Below are positions 18,739 to 27,534 of a DNA stretch of 64,000 nt, in pieces; position 1 is the stretch's first letter, and every line of letters starts with the position of its first letter. The position numbers were made by a program, and so were the translations under genes. Under the pieces are notes generated by a model. It was not told the DNA's origin. It saw only the letters and a list, made by a program, of their open reading frames with translations, and ran no database searches. The stretch lies in the sequence record DRR723986_9343; one strand, written 5' to 3'.

Positions 18739-20493
18739 ATGCTCGGCGACTGCCTGAGAAATCTACAAAACCGGAGTTCAATAGTGCATCTTAAGAACAG
18801 CCCGTTAGCCATCGTGTTGCTAGTGTTGGTGAGCCTGATTAGCGTCAATGCCCGTGCAGAAAACGAGGGGCTCGAGAAACTTGACGAAGCAACGACGCTG
18901 AAGCTGACTGCTCGCAGTGCGTCGGATCTTGCAAAGGTCGTTAATCTCTGCAAAGAAGCAATCAAAGAGGGCCTGGACGAGACGAATGCCTCGATCGCGA
19001 AACGCGTCCTAGCTGCCACTGCAATTCAGCGTGCTCAGGGGCTGTGGCAGCAATTGCCCGTGTTGGCTAGAGCTCGCAATCCGGCCGCAATAAAGAAACT
19101 GCGTGACGAAGTCATCAGTGATCTTGATGATGCAATCGAAGCCAATCCCCAATTGCACAACGCGTTCACTTTCAAGGCGGAAGTGTTGGCTGGAATTGAC
19201 GGCAACGCGAGCGGTGCGATCGACTCAGTGAATAAGGCAATTGAGTTGCTGGACGAGAACCCGGCTGAATTGGCAAAAGCACTTATCTTGCGAGCAAAGC
19301 TCCAGCAAGAACCGGCGCAAAAGTTGGCGGATTTCAACAAAGCGGTTGAGATTGACCCAACCAACACCGATGCCTGGCAGGCTGTTATCGTTCTTCGGAT
19401 GCAACAAGGTGACTTTCAGGAAGCCGTCGAAGATGCGAAGAAGCTGCTCGAAAAAGACAACGAAAACTTGTTTGCGTTGCAAGCGGTGTTTGATTCACTA
19501 CTGCGACTGGAGGAATACAAGGAAGCCGTTGATCTGGTTTCAGAGCGAATAGGTGAATCGAGCGACAATCCCGGGCTGTACCTGGCTCGGGCGCGAGCCT
19601 ATGAGCAGTTGTCGTTCGATCAAGATGCCACCGAAGAGCAACGCGACGAGTACGAGGCCAAAGAGCTTTCCGATCTTAATCGTGTAATCGAGCTGAACAA
19701 GAAAAGCTCGGAAGCGCTACGGATGCGGGCCGAGGTGTATTTTCGACAAGGTGAATCGGAAAAAGCGGAACGCGACATCGCGGACTCACTTGCATTGGGA
19801 ATGAATTTTCGTAGCCTCCTCAGCCGCGCCATGATCGCAGCCGCTGATGGTCGAATGACGGAAGCAATCGAGGACTTGGAGCGAGTCGTCGAGGCCGCCC
19901 CTGAGAGTTTCTTGGTGCTTCGGCTTGCACAGTACTACCAAATCGACGATCAACCACGTAAAGCGATGGAGATCCTTGAGGTTCTGCTTAAAAAGGAGCC
20001 TGACAACTGGGAAGCTCAGCGTCTGCTCGGTGACTGCTACTTGAGCATTGGTGAACATGACAAGGCCATTGCGAGCTACGACACGGCAGTTGAGATCGCC
20101 GAAAAGAGTGCTGTTGATGACACGACGGTCGATCTTAGTGGGCTACTGAATAATTACTCATGGGTGTTGGCAACTAGTCCCGTTGATGAAATTCGCGATG
20201 GTAAGCGTGCCGTCGAACTCGGCCTGCGTGCTTGTGAATTGACCGAGTACAAAGCGGCCCATATCCTCAGCACGCTTGCTGCAGCCTACGCCGAAGTCGG
20301 CGACTTTGACAAGGCACGCACTTGGGCGAAGAAAGCTGTCGAACTTGGTGAAAAGGGCGACGACGAAGAACAGCTCGAGCATCTGAAGAAGGAACTCGAG
20401 AGTTACAAAGAGGACAAGCCTTGGCGAGAGCTGCAGGAAACGGAAGAGAACACCGAAGCCTTTGAAACGGATCTAGAAACGATCGACACATAG
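18739..20493 (+). CDS. Exported tetratricopeptide-repeat protein
   Basis: Signal peptide (..VNARA), multiple TPR helices, C-terminal LNNYSWVLAT...LAAAYAE segment; start uncertain. Confidence 0.85.
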   Translation: MLGDCLRNLQNRSSIVHLKNSPLAIVLLVLVSLISVNARAENEGLEKLDEATTLKLTARSASDLAKVVNLCKEAIKEGLDETNASIAKRVLAATAIQRAQGLWQQLPVLARARNPAAIKKLRDEVISDLDDAIEANPQLHNAFTFKAEVLAGIDGNASGAIDSVNKAIELLDENPAELAKALILRAKLQQEPAQKLADFNKAVEIDPTNTDAWQAVIVLRMQQGDFQEAVEDAKKLLEKDNENLFALQAVFDSLLRLEEYKEAVDLVSERIGESSDNPGLYLARARAYEQLSFDQDATEEQRDEYEAKELSDLNRVIELNKKSSEALRMRAEVYFRQGESEKAERDIADSLALGMNFRSLLSRAMIAAADGRMTEAIEDLERVVEAAPESFLVLRLAQYYQIDDQPRKAMEILEVLLKKEPDNWEAQRLLGDCYLSIGEHDKAIASYDTAVEIAEKSAVDDTTVDLSGLLNNYSWVLATSPVDEIRDGKRAVELGLRACELTEYKAAHILSTLAAAYAEVGDFDKARTWAKKAVELGEKGDDEEQLEHLKKELESYKEDKPWRELQETEENTEAFETDLETIDT

Positions 20494-20523
20494 TCTGACG
20501 ATTCGGGCGTCGCCGCTTGGGCC

Positions 20524-23500
20524 ATGGGCCATGATGCGAACTTGGCGCCAGTGAAGCTGGAACGAGAGCAGTTGGCATTCATGGATTCGGTTTTTCAGTC
20601 CTCCGCGACTTCGATTGGTGGAGAGACCACTGCAAACATCGCGCAGCTCGAGCGACTGGAGCGCTTGCGAGTACCGCAGGATTTGCTCACCTCCTTCTGC
20701 GCTTCATTACCTGAAGTGCTCGAGGGATGCCCGCAACCAACCAAGGTTCTTGGACGCGTCGTTGACTTTATCGATGCAGCCAGGTCTCCCCTGTCAACGA
20801 TGGCTCTGTTTGACCGCGAGCCCGAATCGTTGCAGACCCTTGGTCAGTTGTTCGCCTTGGGAGACTTCTTCTACGACCAACTTCTGTTCGATCCCGACGC
20901 GTTTGAACTCTTGCGTTTGACCCGCGGTGCTCCGGTAAGTTGCGATGTTCTGCGTGACGAAATCACATCCGAACTCAGCGCTTGTGAAGATCTTCCCACG
21001 GCGGCGGAAATTTTAGCGAACTTCAGGATTCGCGAGAGTCTGCGTATCGCGTTCGGTGAGTTAATCGGTGGCGGTTCTGCCTTGTCGTCTGCGCAGCAAT
21101 TGACAGATCTTTGCGAAGTGATTCTGTCGGCCGCGCTGCAGACCGCAACAAAAGTGGCCACCAAGAATGGAGTATCGATCCATCCAGTCAGCGCGCAGGG
21201 CGATCCGCAGGAGGACGGAAGCAATCATCCGCAAGTGCGTTTTGCCGTCGTAGCACTAGGAGCTCTCGGTGGCCGCGAGATGGATTACACCAGTCAGATT
21301 AATCTGCTTCTGGTGCGCCATGACGATATCCGCCAGACAACCGATGCAGGGGGATTGGATAAGATTGCAGAGGCTTTTCTCCAGGTGCTCCGGCAAGAGA
21401 CGAGCTGCGGTAGAACTTACGAGGTCGAACTGCAACAGATTCCGAGAGAACCTGCCAGCAAGGTCCTGTTTTCCCTGGACAAGTCGGCCTCGCTGCTGGA
21501 TGCCCGTGGTCGCACTTGGCAGCGTCAAGCGTTTACGAAGGCACGCGTCGTCGCTGGCGATGATACCGCTGGACAAAAGTTCTTGAGCGGTATTCAAGAC
21601 TGGGTGCACCGCCGGTTTCTCATGCGTGCTGATGAATCTGGACTGGCTGCAATGAAACGACGAGTGCTCGCTGCGCTACGGGCATCACCAGCCAACGATC
21701 ATACTCTATGCTTAGACTGTTACCGCCAAAGCTTCCAGTTCTTGCAGCTTGTATACGGTGCGAAGCACCCGAAGCTACGCCTGCAGAACACCCTCGAAAT
21801 GTTGGGTGCTTTGGAATCAGTAGGGATCGTCGATTCAGACGATTCCAAAACACTACAGGAGGCCTTGGTTCTTCATCTTGCTTGCCATCACGCCACTTCG
21901 ATTGCTTCATCAGAGGAAGATCAGGAGGAGACAGTTGGAGAGGCGGTTGGTACGGGCGCGACAAGTCGACAGGCGAGGAATCTGACGGAGAGTTTAAAAT
22001 ACGTCGGCAACCGGACGCCGGACAAGGCTGCTGCCCTCCCTGGTCTGCACGACCGGTGCGTCGATTTGATCAATGAATTGGTCGAATCAGCCTTTGAGGA
22101 TTCTTCCGAAGCAACTCCGGAGGGGGACCTGCTGCTTAATCCGGCCCCGAACCGCCATACGGTATCAGACCTGTTGGGGAAATACGGATTCGAAGACGTT
22201 CATGCAGCCTGGCGACACTTGGAAAGTCTTTCGCATGAATCGGTCAGCTTTTTATCGACGCGTCGCTGTCGACATTTCCTGACGACCATCGTTGCTGAAT
22301 TGTTAGAAAGGATTGCCGCAACACCAAGCCCAGATAACACGCTCGTTCAACTCGCTCGCGTCAGTGATTCGATTGGATGTAAAGGAGTGTTGTGGGAGCT
22401 GTTTGCTTCAGCACCTGCGGCAATGGATCTTGCAATACGTTTGTGTGCCGCGAGCCCTTATTTAACGAACTTGCTCACTTCCAGCCCCGGCCTTGTCGAC
22501 GAACTCTTGGATTCGTTGATGCTGACTAAACTGCCAACGCGTGAAGAGATGGCCGCAGAGCTGGATGAGCTGTGCCGCGAGGCGGAAGATATCGCTCCGT
22601 TGGTGAGGAATTTCAAGAATGCAATGCACTTGCGAGTCGGGGCGCGAAATGTCGTTCGCAAGGACTCGGTGGCAACAATCCACGGCGCACTATCGGACAT
22701 TGCTGAGGTTTGTGTGCAGCGTGTCATTCGCCACGAGTTCCATCGGCTCGTAAATTTACTGGGTATGCCAAGCAGTCAGGGGCCGTCGGGCGAAACGGTT
22801 GACGCCGAAATGGTCGTGCTTGCGATTGGTAAATTAGGTGGACGGGAGCCCAACTATCACAGTGACGTCGACCTGCTCTTCTTGTTCGATAGCGATGGGC
22901 AGACACGGACCCTGATTCCAAGCCATCGATTTCGACCGACATCCAACCGCCATTTTTTCAATCAGTTAGCTCAGCGTGTTGTTAGTGCAATCACGAACTA
23001 TGTCGAAGGCGGCAGACTGTACGATGTGGACGTCAGCCTGCGTCCACTGGGACAAGCCGGACAGTTGGCGATCACGATTGAAGAGCTCCGAAACCACTTT
23101 CGCGATCAGTCCGGTGAAATATGGCGGCGCATGACGCTTTGTAAGGCTCGAGTCATCTGGGGCAGTCAGGCCGCGACGCTAAAAGCTGAACAATGCGTGG
23201 AAGAAATTTTGCTTGGTGGGCGAATCGACTTTTCGGCGGCTGAGCATATTCAGAGTCAACGGTTCGAACTAGAACGTGATGCTGGCGTTTGGAATCTCAA
23301 GCGGTCTCCTGGTGGGACGATGGACATCGAGTTTGTGACTCAGATGCTGCAGATTCATGCCGCGCGACAGGACTGCTTAATTCCGTCCACAACCGAGTCC
23401 CTACATCGACTCGAAAATGCCGGCACGCTGGATTCTGAATCAGCGACCGAGCTGCGGCAAAATTACAGCTTCCTTCGGCGTCTTGAGTCAGCGTTGAGGT

Positions 23501-23799
23501 TGCTGAATACTTCTGCCCGGCACAGCATTCCTAGCAAACGGTCCGCACAAGAGGTCCTCGCCTACTTGGTGGGTGACGTGTGGTCGGAACCCTCTGAAGA
23601 TCGATCGCACTCTGAGCCCGACGATTGTCGTGGTCACACGCTTCCAAGCGGCGATGATGATCCAGTGGAGCACTTATTGAAAACGTGCCGCCGTGTCATG
23701 AAAGAAAATCGCAGGATCTTCGCGGTGCAAATGGCTCGCTTTCTACCTGCTGATTTAGAGGAATCCGCCGAAGATACGGTGGACGGAACGATAGGCTAG
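20524..23799 (+). CDS. glnE: Glutamine synthetase adenylyltransferase (N-terminal domain degenerate)
   Basis: Two-domain GlnE architecture; C-terminal GKLGGREPNYHSDVDL, GRLYDVDVSLRP, NLKRSPGGTMDIEF; GRTWQRQAFTKAR in the N-domain. Confidence 0.88.
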   Translation: MGHDANLAPVKLEREQLAFMDSVFQSSATSIGGETTANIAQLERLERLRVPQDLLTSFCASLPEVLEGCPQPTKVLGRVVDFIDAARSPLSTMALFDREPESLQTLGQLFALGDFFYDQLLFDPDAFELLRLTRGAPVSCDVLRDEITSELSACEDLPTAAEILANFRIRESLRIAFGELIGGGSALSSAQQLTDLCEVILSAALQTATKVATKNGVSIHPVSAQGDPQEDGSNHPQVRFAVVALGALGGREMDYTSQINLLLVRHDDIRQTTDAGGLDKIAEAFLQVLRQETSCGRTYEVELQQIPREPASKVLFSLDKSASLLDARGRTWQRQAFTKARVVAGDDTAGQKFLSGIQDWVHRRFLMRADESGLAAMKRRVLAALRASPANDHTLCLDCYRQSFQFLQLVYGAKHPKLRLQNTLEMLGALESVGIVDSDDSKTLQEALVLHLACHHATSIASSEEDQEETVGEAVGTGATSRQARNLTESLKYVGNRTPDKAAALPGLHDRCVDLINELVESAFEDSSEATPEGDLLLNPAPNRHTVSDLLGKYGFEDVHAAWRHLESLSHESVSFLSTRRCRHFLTTIVAELLERIAATPSPDNTLVQLARVSDSIGCKGVLWELFASAPAAMDLAIRLCAASPYLTNLLTSSPGLVDELLDSLMLTKLPTREEMAAELDELCREAEDIAPLVRNFKNAMHLRVGARNVVRKDSVATIHGALSDIAEVCVQRVIRHEFHRLVNLLGMPSSQGPSGETVDAEMVVLAIGKLGGREPNYHSDVDLLFLFDSDGQTRTLIPSHRFRPTSNRHFFNQLAQRVVSAITNYVEGGRLYDVDVSLRPLGQAGQLAITIEELRNHFRDQSGEIWRRMTLCKARVIWGSQAATLKAEQCVEEILLGGRIDFSAAEHIQSQRFELERDAGVWNLKRSPGGTMDIEFVTQMLQIHAARQDCLIPSTTESLHRLENAGTLDSESATELRQNYSFLRRLESALRLLNTSARHSIPSKRSAQEVLAYLVGDVWSEPSEDRSHSEPDDCRGHTLPSGDDDPVEHLLKTCRRVMKENRRIFAVQMARFLPADLEESAEDTVDGTIG

Positions 23800-23859
23800 C
23801 ATTGCCGCCTACGTCATCTAAAAATCTGCAAATTTTGCTTAACCCGCAAAGTTTAACAT

Positions 23860-23867
23860 GCCGATAA
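23860..23867 (+). promoter_or_regulatory. Sigma28 (FliA)-type -10 element GCCGATAA
   Basis: Exact consensus in the intergenic region after an AT-rich stretch; the -35 is only a weak match (TTAACCCG). Confidence 0.4.
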
Positions 23868-23874
23868 CGTGGGT

Positions 23875-24165
23875 ACGAGCGAGCTGGGGCTGAGCAGGAT
23901 GCCAGGCCGAACTGCTGCTTGTAATTTGAAGAACGCAGTGACCAGATGAATGGATTCTCTGGCACCGCGCCTTCAGGCATGCCCTACTGGGTGGATTTCG
24001 ACTCTCATCTCCAACCACCGCGCAGCGAAATCACGGTGGCCGCAACAATCGTGTTGAGGAGCTGAAGGGTCGTGGCTTGCCACCACGAAAACCCAACATA
24101 CTCTGCGAGTCCACCGGAGATTGCCCCGTCGGACCGTATTCTCGCACGATGGATCGACAACTGAG
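23875..24165 (+). promoter_or_regulatory. Structured leader or sRNA with multiple GGA (CsrA/RsmA-type) motifs
   Basis: Hairpins GCA-GGA-TGC (23894), GAA-TGGA-TTC (in 23942-23962), CGA-TGGA-TCG (24147), plus further GGAs and stems. Confidence 0.45.
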
Positions 24166-24456
24166 ATGAGCAAGCGCCAAGGTGAGCCTTCCGTAAGACA
24201 ATTTCGCATCTTCAACGGAGAAGAGGACGCAACGGGCGATGGCATCAACCGACTAATGGAACACTTGGAGCAACCGGAAGTCGCGAGCGATCGCGTATCC
24301 GTGCCCTGTGGTGAAGTGTTCGAACTTCTTCAAGATGCAATCTCTACAAACCGAGCATGGCTTCAGGATTTTGCTGAGGACACAATTGACGTGCCGCAAG
24401 ATCTGTATGAGGTGCTCATCGCTTACAAGCGGCTGGTTTACCGTCGTGCTGCCTAA
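24166..24456 (+). CDS. Small acidic hypothetical protein ending in RRAA
   Basis: ATG 24166 with GGA 12 nt upstream; protein-like composition (RAWLQDFAEDTIDVPQDLYEVL). Confidence 0.7.
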   Translation: MSKRQGEPSVRQFRIFNGEEDATGDGINRLMEHLEQPEVASDRVSVPCGEVFELLQDAISTNRAWLQDFAEDTIDVPQDLYEVLIAYKRLVYRRAA

Positions 24457-24476
24457 CCCGCTCAGGTTTCTTAAAC

Positions 24477-25436
24477 ATGACGCTTCGCTGGGGAATTATC
24501 GGCGTTGGTGATATCGCGAAGAAGCGAGTTGCCGCCGCGATCGTTCAAGACGCCAATTCTCATCTAGTCGCCGTTTGTCGCCGTAACGAGGCCGAGTTGG
24601 CTCAGTTCGCCGAGCAATACAACGTACCAGAGCGGTATTCGAACGCGGAAGACTTGATCGCGTCTGATCAAATTGATGCTGTCTACGTGGCAACGCCAGT
24701 CGATTGTCACTGCCCTCAGACGATTGCTGCAGCCCAAAGCGGGAAACACGTTCTCGTCGAAAAGCCGATGGCCCTCGATACGCAAGAGTGCTCGCAGATG
24801 GTTGAAGCCTGCCGAGCCGCAAAGGTTACTCTGGGCGTAGCCTACTACCGCAGGTTTTATCCCGTAGCGCATCGAATTCGAGAATTGATTGACAGTGGCC
24901 AACTTGGTCGCGTGTTGTCCGTTGGATGTGTGACAGGCAATCCTTTAGAGTTTGCCAAGGACGATTGGCGAGTATGCCGCCAGCGCGGTGGTGGCGGTCC
25001 CTTGATGGATATTGGTAGCCATCGCATCGACCTGATGCATGAGCTGCTGGGTGAAATCGATCAGGTGAAAGCTATGACCCTGGCCTCGCCGAACTATGAA
25101 GCGGAACAAGTCGCTAGTCTATTGATGCATTTTTCATCCGGTGCTCAGGGGATTCTACAGTCCTACTTTGGCACTGTGTACACTCCGGATCGATTGGAAG
25201 TGGTTGGAACCAGTGGCCACGTGCTTGTTGAGGATCTAAACGCAGGAAGCTTGCAGCTTACCACGCGCGATGGCAAGACCGTGGAGTCGCATCCACCGGC
25301 TGAGAATTTTCATGCACCACTGGTCGAAGATTTCTCGCTTGCAGTCCTGGAGAAACGGCCGCCGAAAGTTGATGGTGAAGTCGGCTTACTGACAAGCCAA
25401 GCAATTGAGCTTGCCTACGCCGATGCAAATAGGTGA
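24477..25436 (+). CDS. Gfo/Idh/MocA family oxidoreductase
   Basis: WGIIGVGDIA, GKHVLVEKPMA, GGGPLMDIGSHRID. Confidence 0.9.
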   Translation: MTLRWGIIGVGDIAKKRVAAAIVQDANSHLVAVCRRNEAELAQFAEQYNVPERYSNAEDLIASDQIDAVYVATPVDCHCPQTIAAAQSGKHVLVEKPMALDTQECSQMVEACRAAKVTLGVAYYRRFYPVAHRIRELIDSGQLGRVLSVGCVTGNPLEFAKDDWRVCRQRGGGGPLMDIGSHRIDLMHELLGEIDQVKAMTLASPNYEAEQVASLLMHFSSGAQGILQSYFGTVYTPDRLEVVGTSGHVLVEDLNAGSLQLTTRDGKTVESHPPAENFHAPLVEDFSLAVLEKRPPKVDGEVGLLTSQAIELAYADANR

Positions 25437-25455
25437 TCCGAGGCTGGCGTTTCGC

Positions 25456-27291
25456 CTACTGCGCAAATGACTTTGGTTTGATGCCGAAATAGAACGCAAG
25501 CTCCAGTGACATTCGGTCGACCGCACTCAGCTCAGCCCGCTGTGCGAGAACTCTTCGAGCAAGCGCCGGATCGTCGGTGATCAGATTGTCCACGCCGCGG
25601 CTGATCATTAACGAAAGTGAATAAGCGTCGTTTAGCGTCCAAGCAGCCACTTCTTTGTCAATGGCATGCGCTCTGTTGATCAATTTGGGGGTCGCGAGTC
25701 CCGCGCTGACAGCCAGGAAATCGGCGTTGACTTTGGTAAGGTCTCCGACCGAGACGGCTGTGAGCAAACCGCATGTCCAATCGGGACGCATGGATTTGAT
25801 CTTATCCAAGCCAGCTTGCTTGAGTGACATGATAACGATTTGGTCTTCCATCTCATTGGCTTCTACAATGTCAACGACCTTGGACTCTAAGGCCTGGGGG
25901 TGCCCGTAGTATTTCAGTTCGATGTTAACCTTTACGCGACGATTGCAGATCTTGAGAACATCGTCGAGCGTCGGAATGCGTTGGTCATTAAATTGTGGGC
26001 CATGATAGCTACCGATGTCGATCTTCATCAATTCATCGGCGGTTGCCTCCCATATCTTGGTTGCCGGTCCACCAACTTTCTTGAGATCGCTGTCGTGGAC
26101 GACCAGCACTACGCCGTCTCGAGATTCTTGAACGTCGATTTCGATCCAGTCCGCTTGGTCTTCAATTGCCTGCTGAATCGCGGCGATTGTATTTTCCGGT
26201 GCAGCAGTGGCACCACCGCGGTGGGCGGTTATGACGACGTCGTCATTCAAGTTAAACGAGTTAACCACCATTCGCCCAAACAAACCAGCGGCCGCCACTG
26301 CCAGGCTGAGCCCAGCGATAACACGTAGTGGTGTGACTTTGAGGCCAGAAAAACCTCTATCGGTCTGAGTATTCGGCAGGTCGAGCGCTCCGTTGCTTGG
26401 TTTCCCAAGTTTCATATAGGCCATGGCAAGTAGCGAAGCCAACGTAATGTTGCCAGCAGCACTTCCCAGCAAGTTTCCGATTCCTACTAGTCCAACTGCC
26501 GCTCCGACCGCAAGAACGAGCGCCCACATGCTGCCGCTTGCGGACATGATGATTTGCTGCCCCACAAAACCTACTGTCGTGTTGATCAGCATTCCCAGTG
26601 CGAAGTTGAAGGCGATCCAAATACCAAGTGTTAATGCAAGTTTCTTTCTGCTGTCGACCGAACGCTGTGAGCTCATTTGAAGAGCAGACCGCGGCGATGT
26701 CTCTTCGAAAATGAGTATCTGGGGAGCGAACAGATATGCCATGGCACGTCTGAAAATGATCGCTGCACCAATCGCCAGAAGCAAACCGATGCAAGACGAT
26801 GCTATCCAGAACTGCGGAGGTTTCTGCGTAAGGTAGAAGTTAATGTCATGCTCGGTCAGCATCATCCAAAAGACCAGCCCAGCAGCGGCGATAAATGGAA
26901 CTGCAATCAGCAAAGCTTCGGCAACGATTCGAAACGCTAGCCGCAGCACAAGCAACGAATGTTCGAAGAGCACAAATTGGATGGCATCACGAATGCGAAT
27001 CTTGTGTCCTGTTTCTGCCGCAATTGCAAGAGTCATTAGAATGGCGATCTCGATGGCGAAGATGCTAAGCAGAATAGCGGCAAGGAGGATCGCGGAAAGA
27101 ATGCCAAATGGATGAAGAAGAAAACTCGCGATATCCGTATCTGCGATCACTTCCCGACCGGATATGGCCAGCGTCGCGCGGAAAGTTAGACTGACGAGTG
27201 GCGTCAGCACGATGAAAGCGATCGCTTTAAAGATGAAATCCGCGGCGAGGAGTTTCTTCCAGCATCGCTGAAGATTGTTCAGCACGTTCAT
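25456..27291 (-). CDS. Glycerophosphodiester phosphodiesterase with N-terminal membrane domain
   Basis: AHRG...PENT, EIDV, HD, NIELK, WTLN, ITDDP; multi-TM N-terminus. Confidence 0.92.
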   Translation of the reverse strand: MNVLNNLQRCWKKLLAADFIFKAIAFIVLTPLVSLTFRATLAISGREVIADTDIASFLLHPFGILSAILLAAILLSIFAIEIAILMTLAIAAETGHKIRIRDAIQFVLFEHSLLVLRLAFRIVAEALLIAVPFIAAAGLVFWMMLTEHDINFYLTQKPPQFWIASSCIGLLLAIGAAIIFRRAMAYLFAPQILIFEETSPRSALQMSSQRSVDSRKKLALTLGIWIAFNFALGMLINTTVGFVGQQIIMSASGSMWALVLAVGAAVGLVGIGNLLGSAAGNITLASLLAMAYMKLGKPSNGALDLPNTQTDRGFSGLKVTPLRVIAGLSLAVAAAGLFGRMVVNSFNLNDDVVITAHRGGATAAPENTIAAIQQAIEDQADWIEIDVQESRDGVVLVVHDSDLKKVGGPATKIWEATADELMKIDIGSYHGPQFNDQRIPTLDDVLKICNRRVKVNIELKYYGHPQALESKVVDIVEANEMEDQIVIMSLKQAGLDKIKSMRPDWTCGLLTAVSVGDLTKVNADFLAVSAGLATPKLINRAHAIDKEVAAWTLNDAYSLSLMISRGVDNLITDDPALARRVLAQRAELSAVDRMSLELAFYFGIKPKSFAQ

Positions 27292-27534
27292 GGGCGATTT
27301 CTATTGCAGTGGGGCGTCGTTGCAAACCGGATTCGCAAACTGGTTTCTCTAACTGGGGGGCAAGAGCGATCATCTAGCTAGAACACTATAGCCGCATTGC
27401 GAGCGCGATAGATGGTAGCAAGCCAAGCCATCCTGCTACCCGGTAAGGATGTTGGAGCTCCCAAGGTGTTGGACCATGGCGCTAGGAAGCTCCGCGCCGC
27501 GAACCAAGTTTCCGGCTACTCGCAACTTGGCAGA

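Noticed and set aside
23885-24020. Possible tmRNA or tRNA (GGGGCTG..., TTCGACTC...CCAACCA)
   Set aside because: No acceptor-stem pairing, T-arm geometry or tag reading frame could be built
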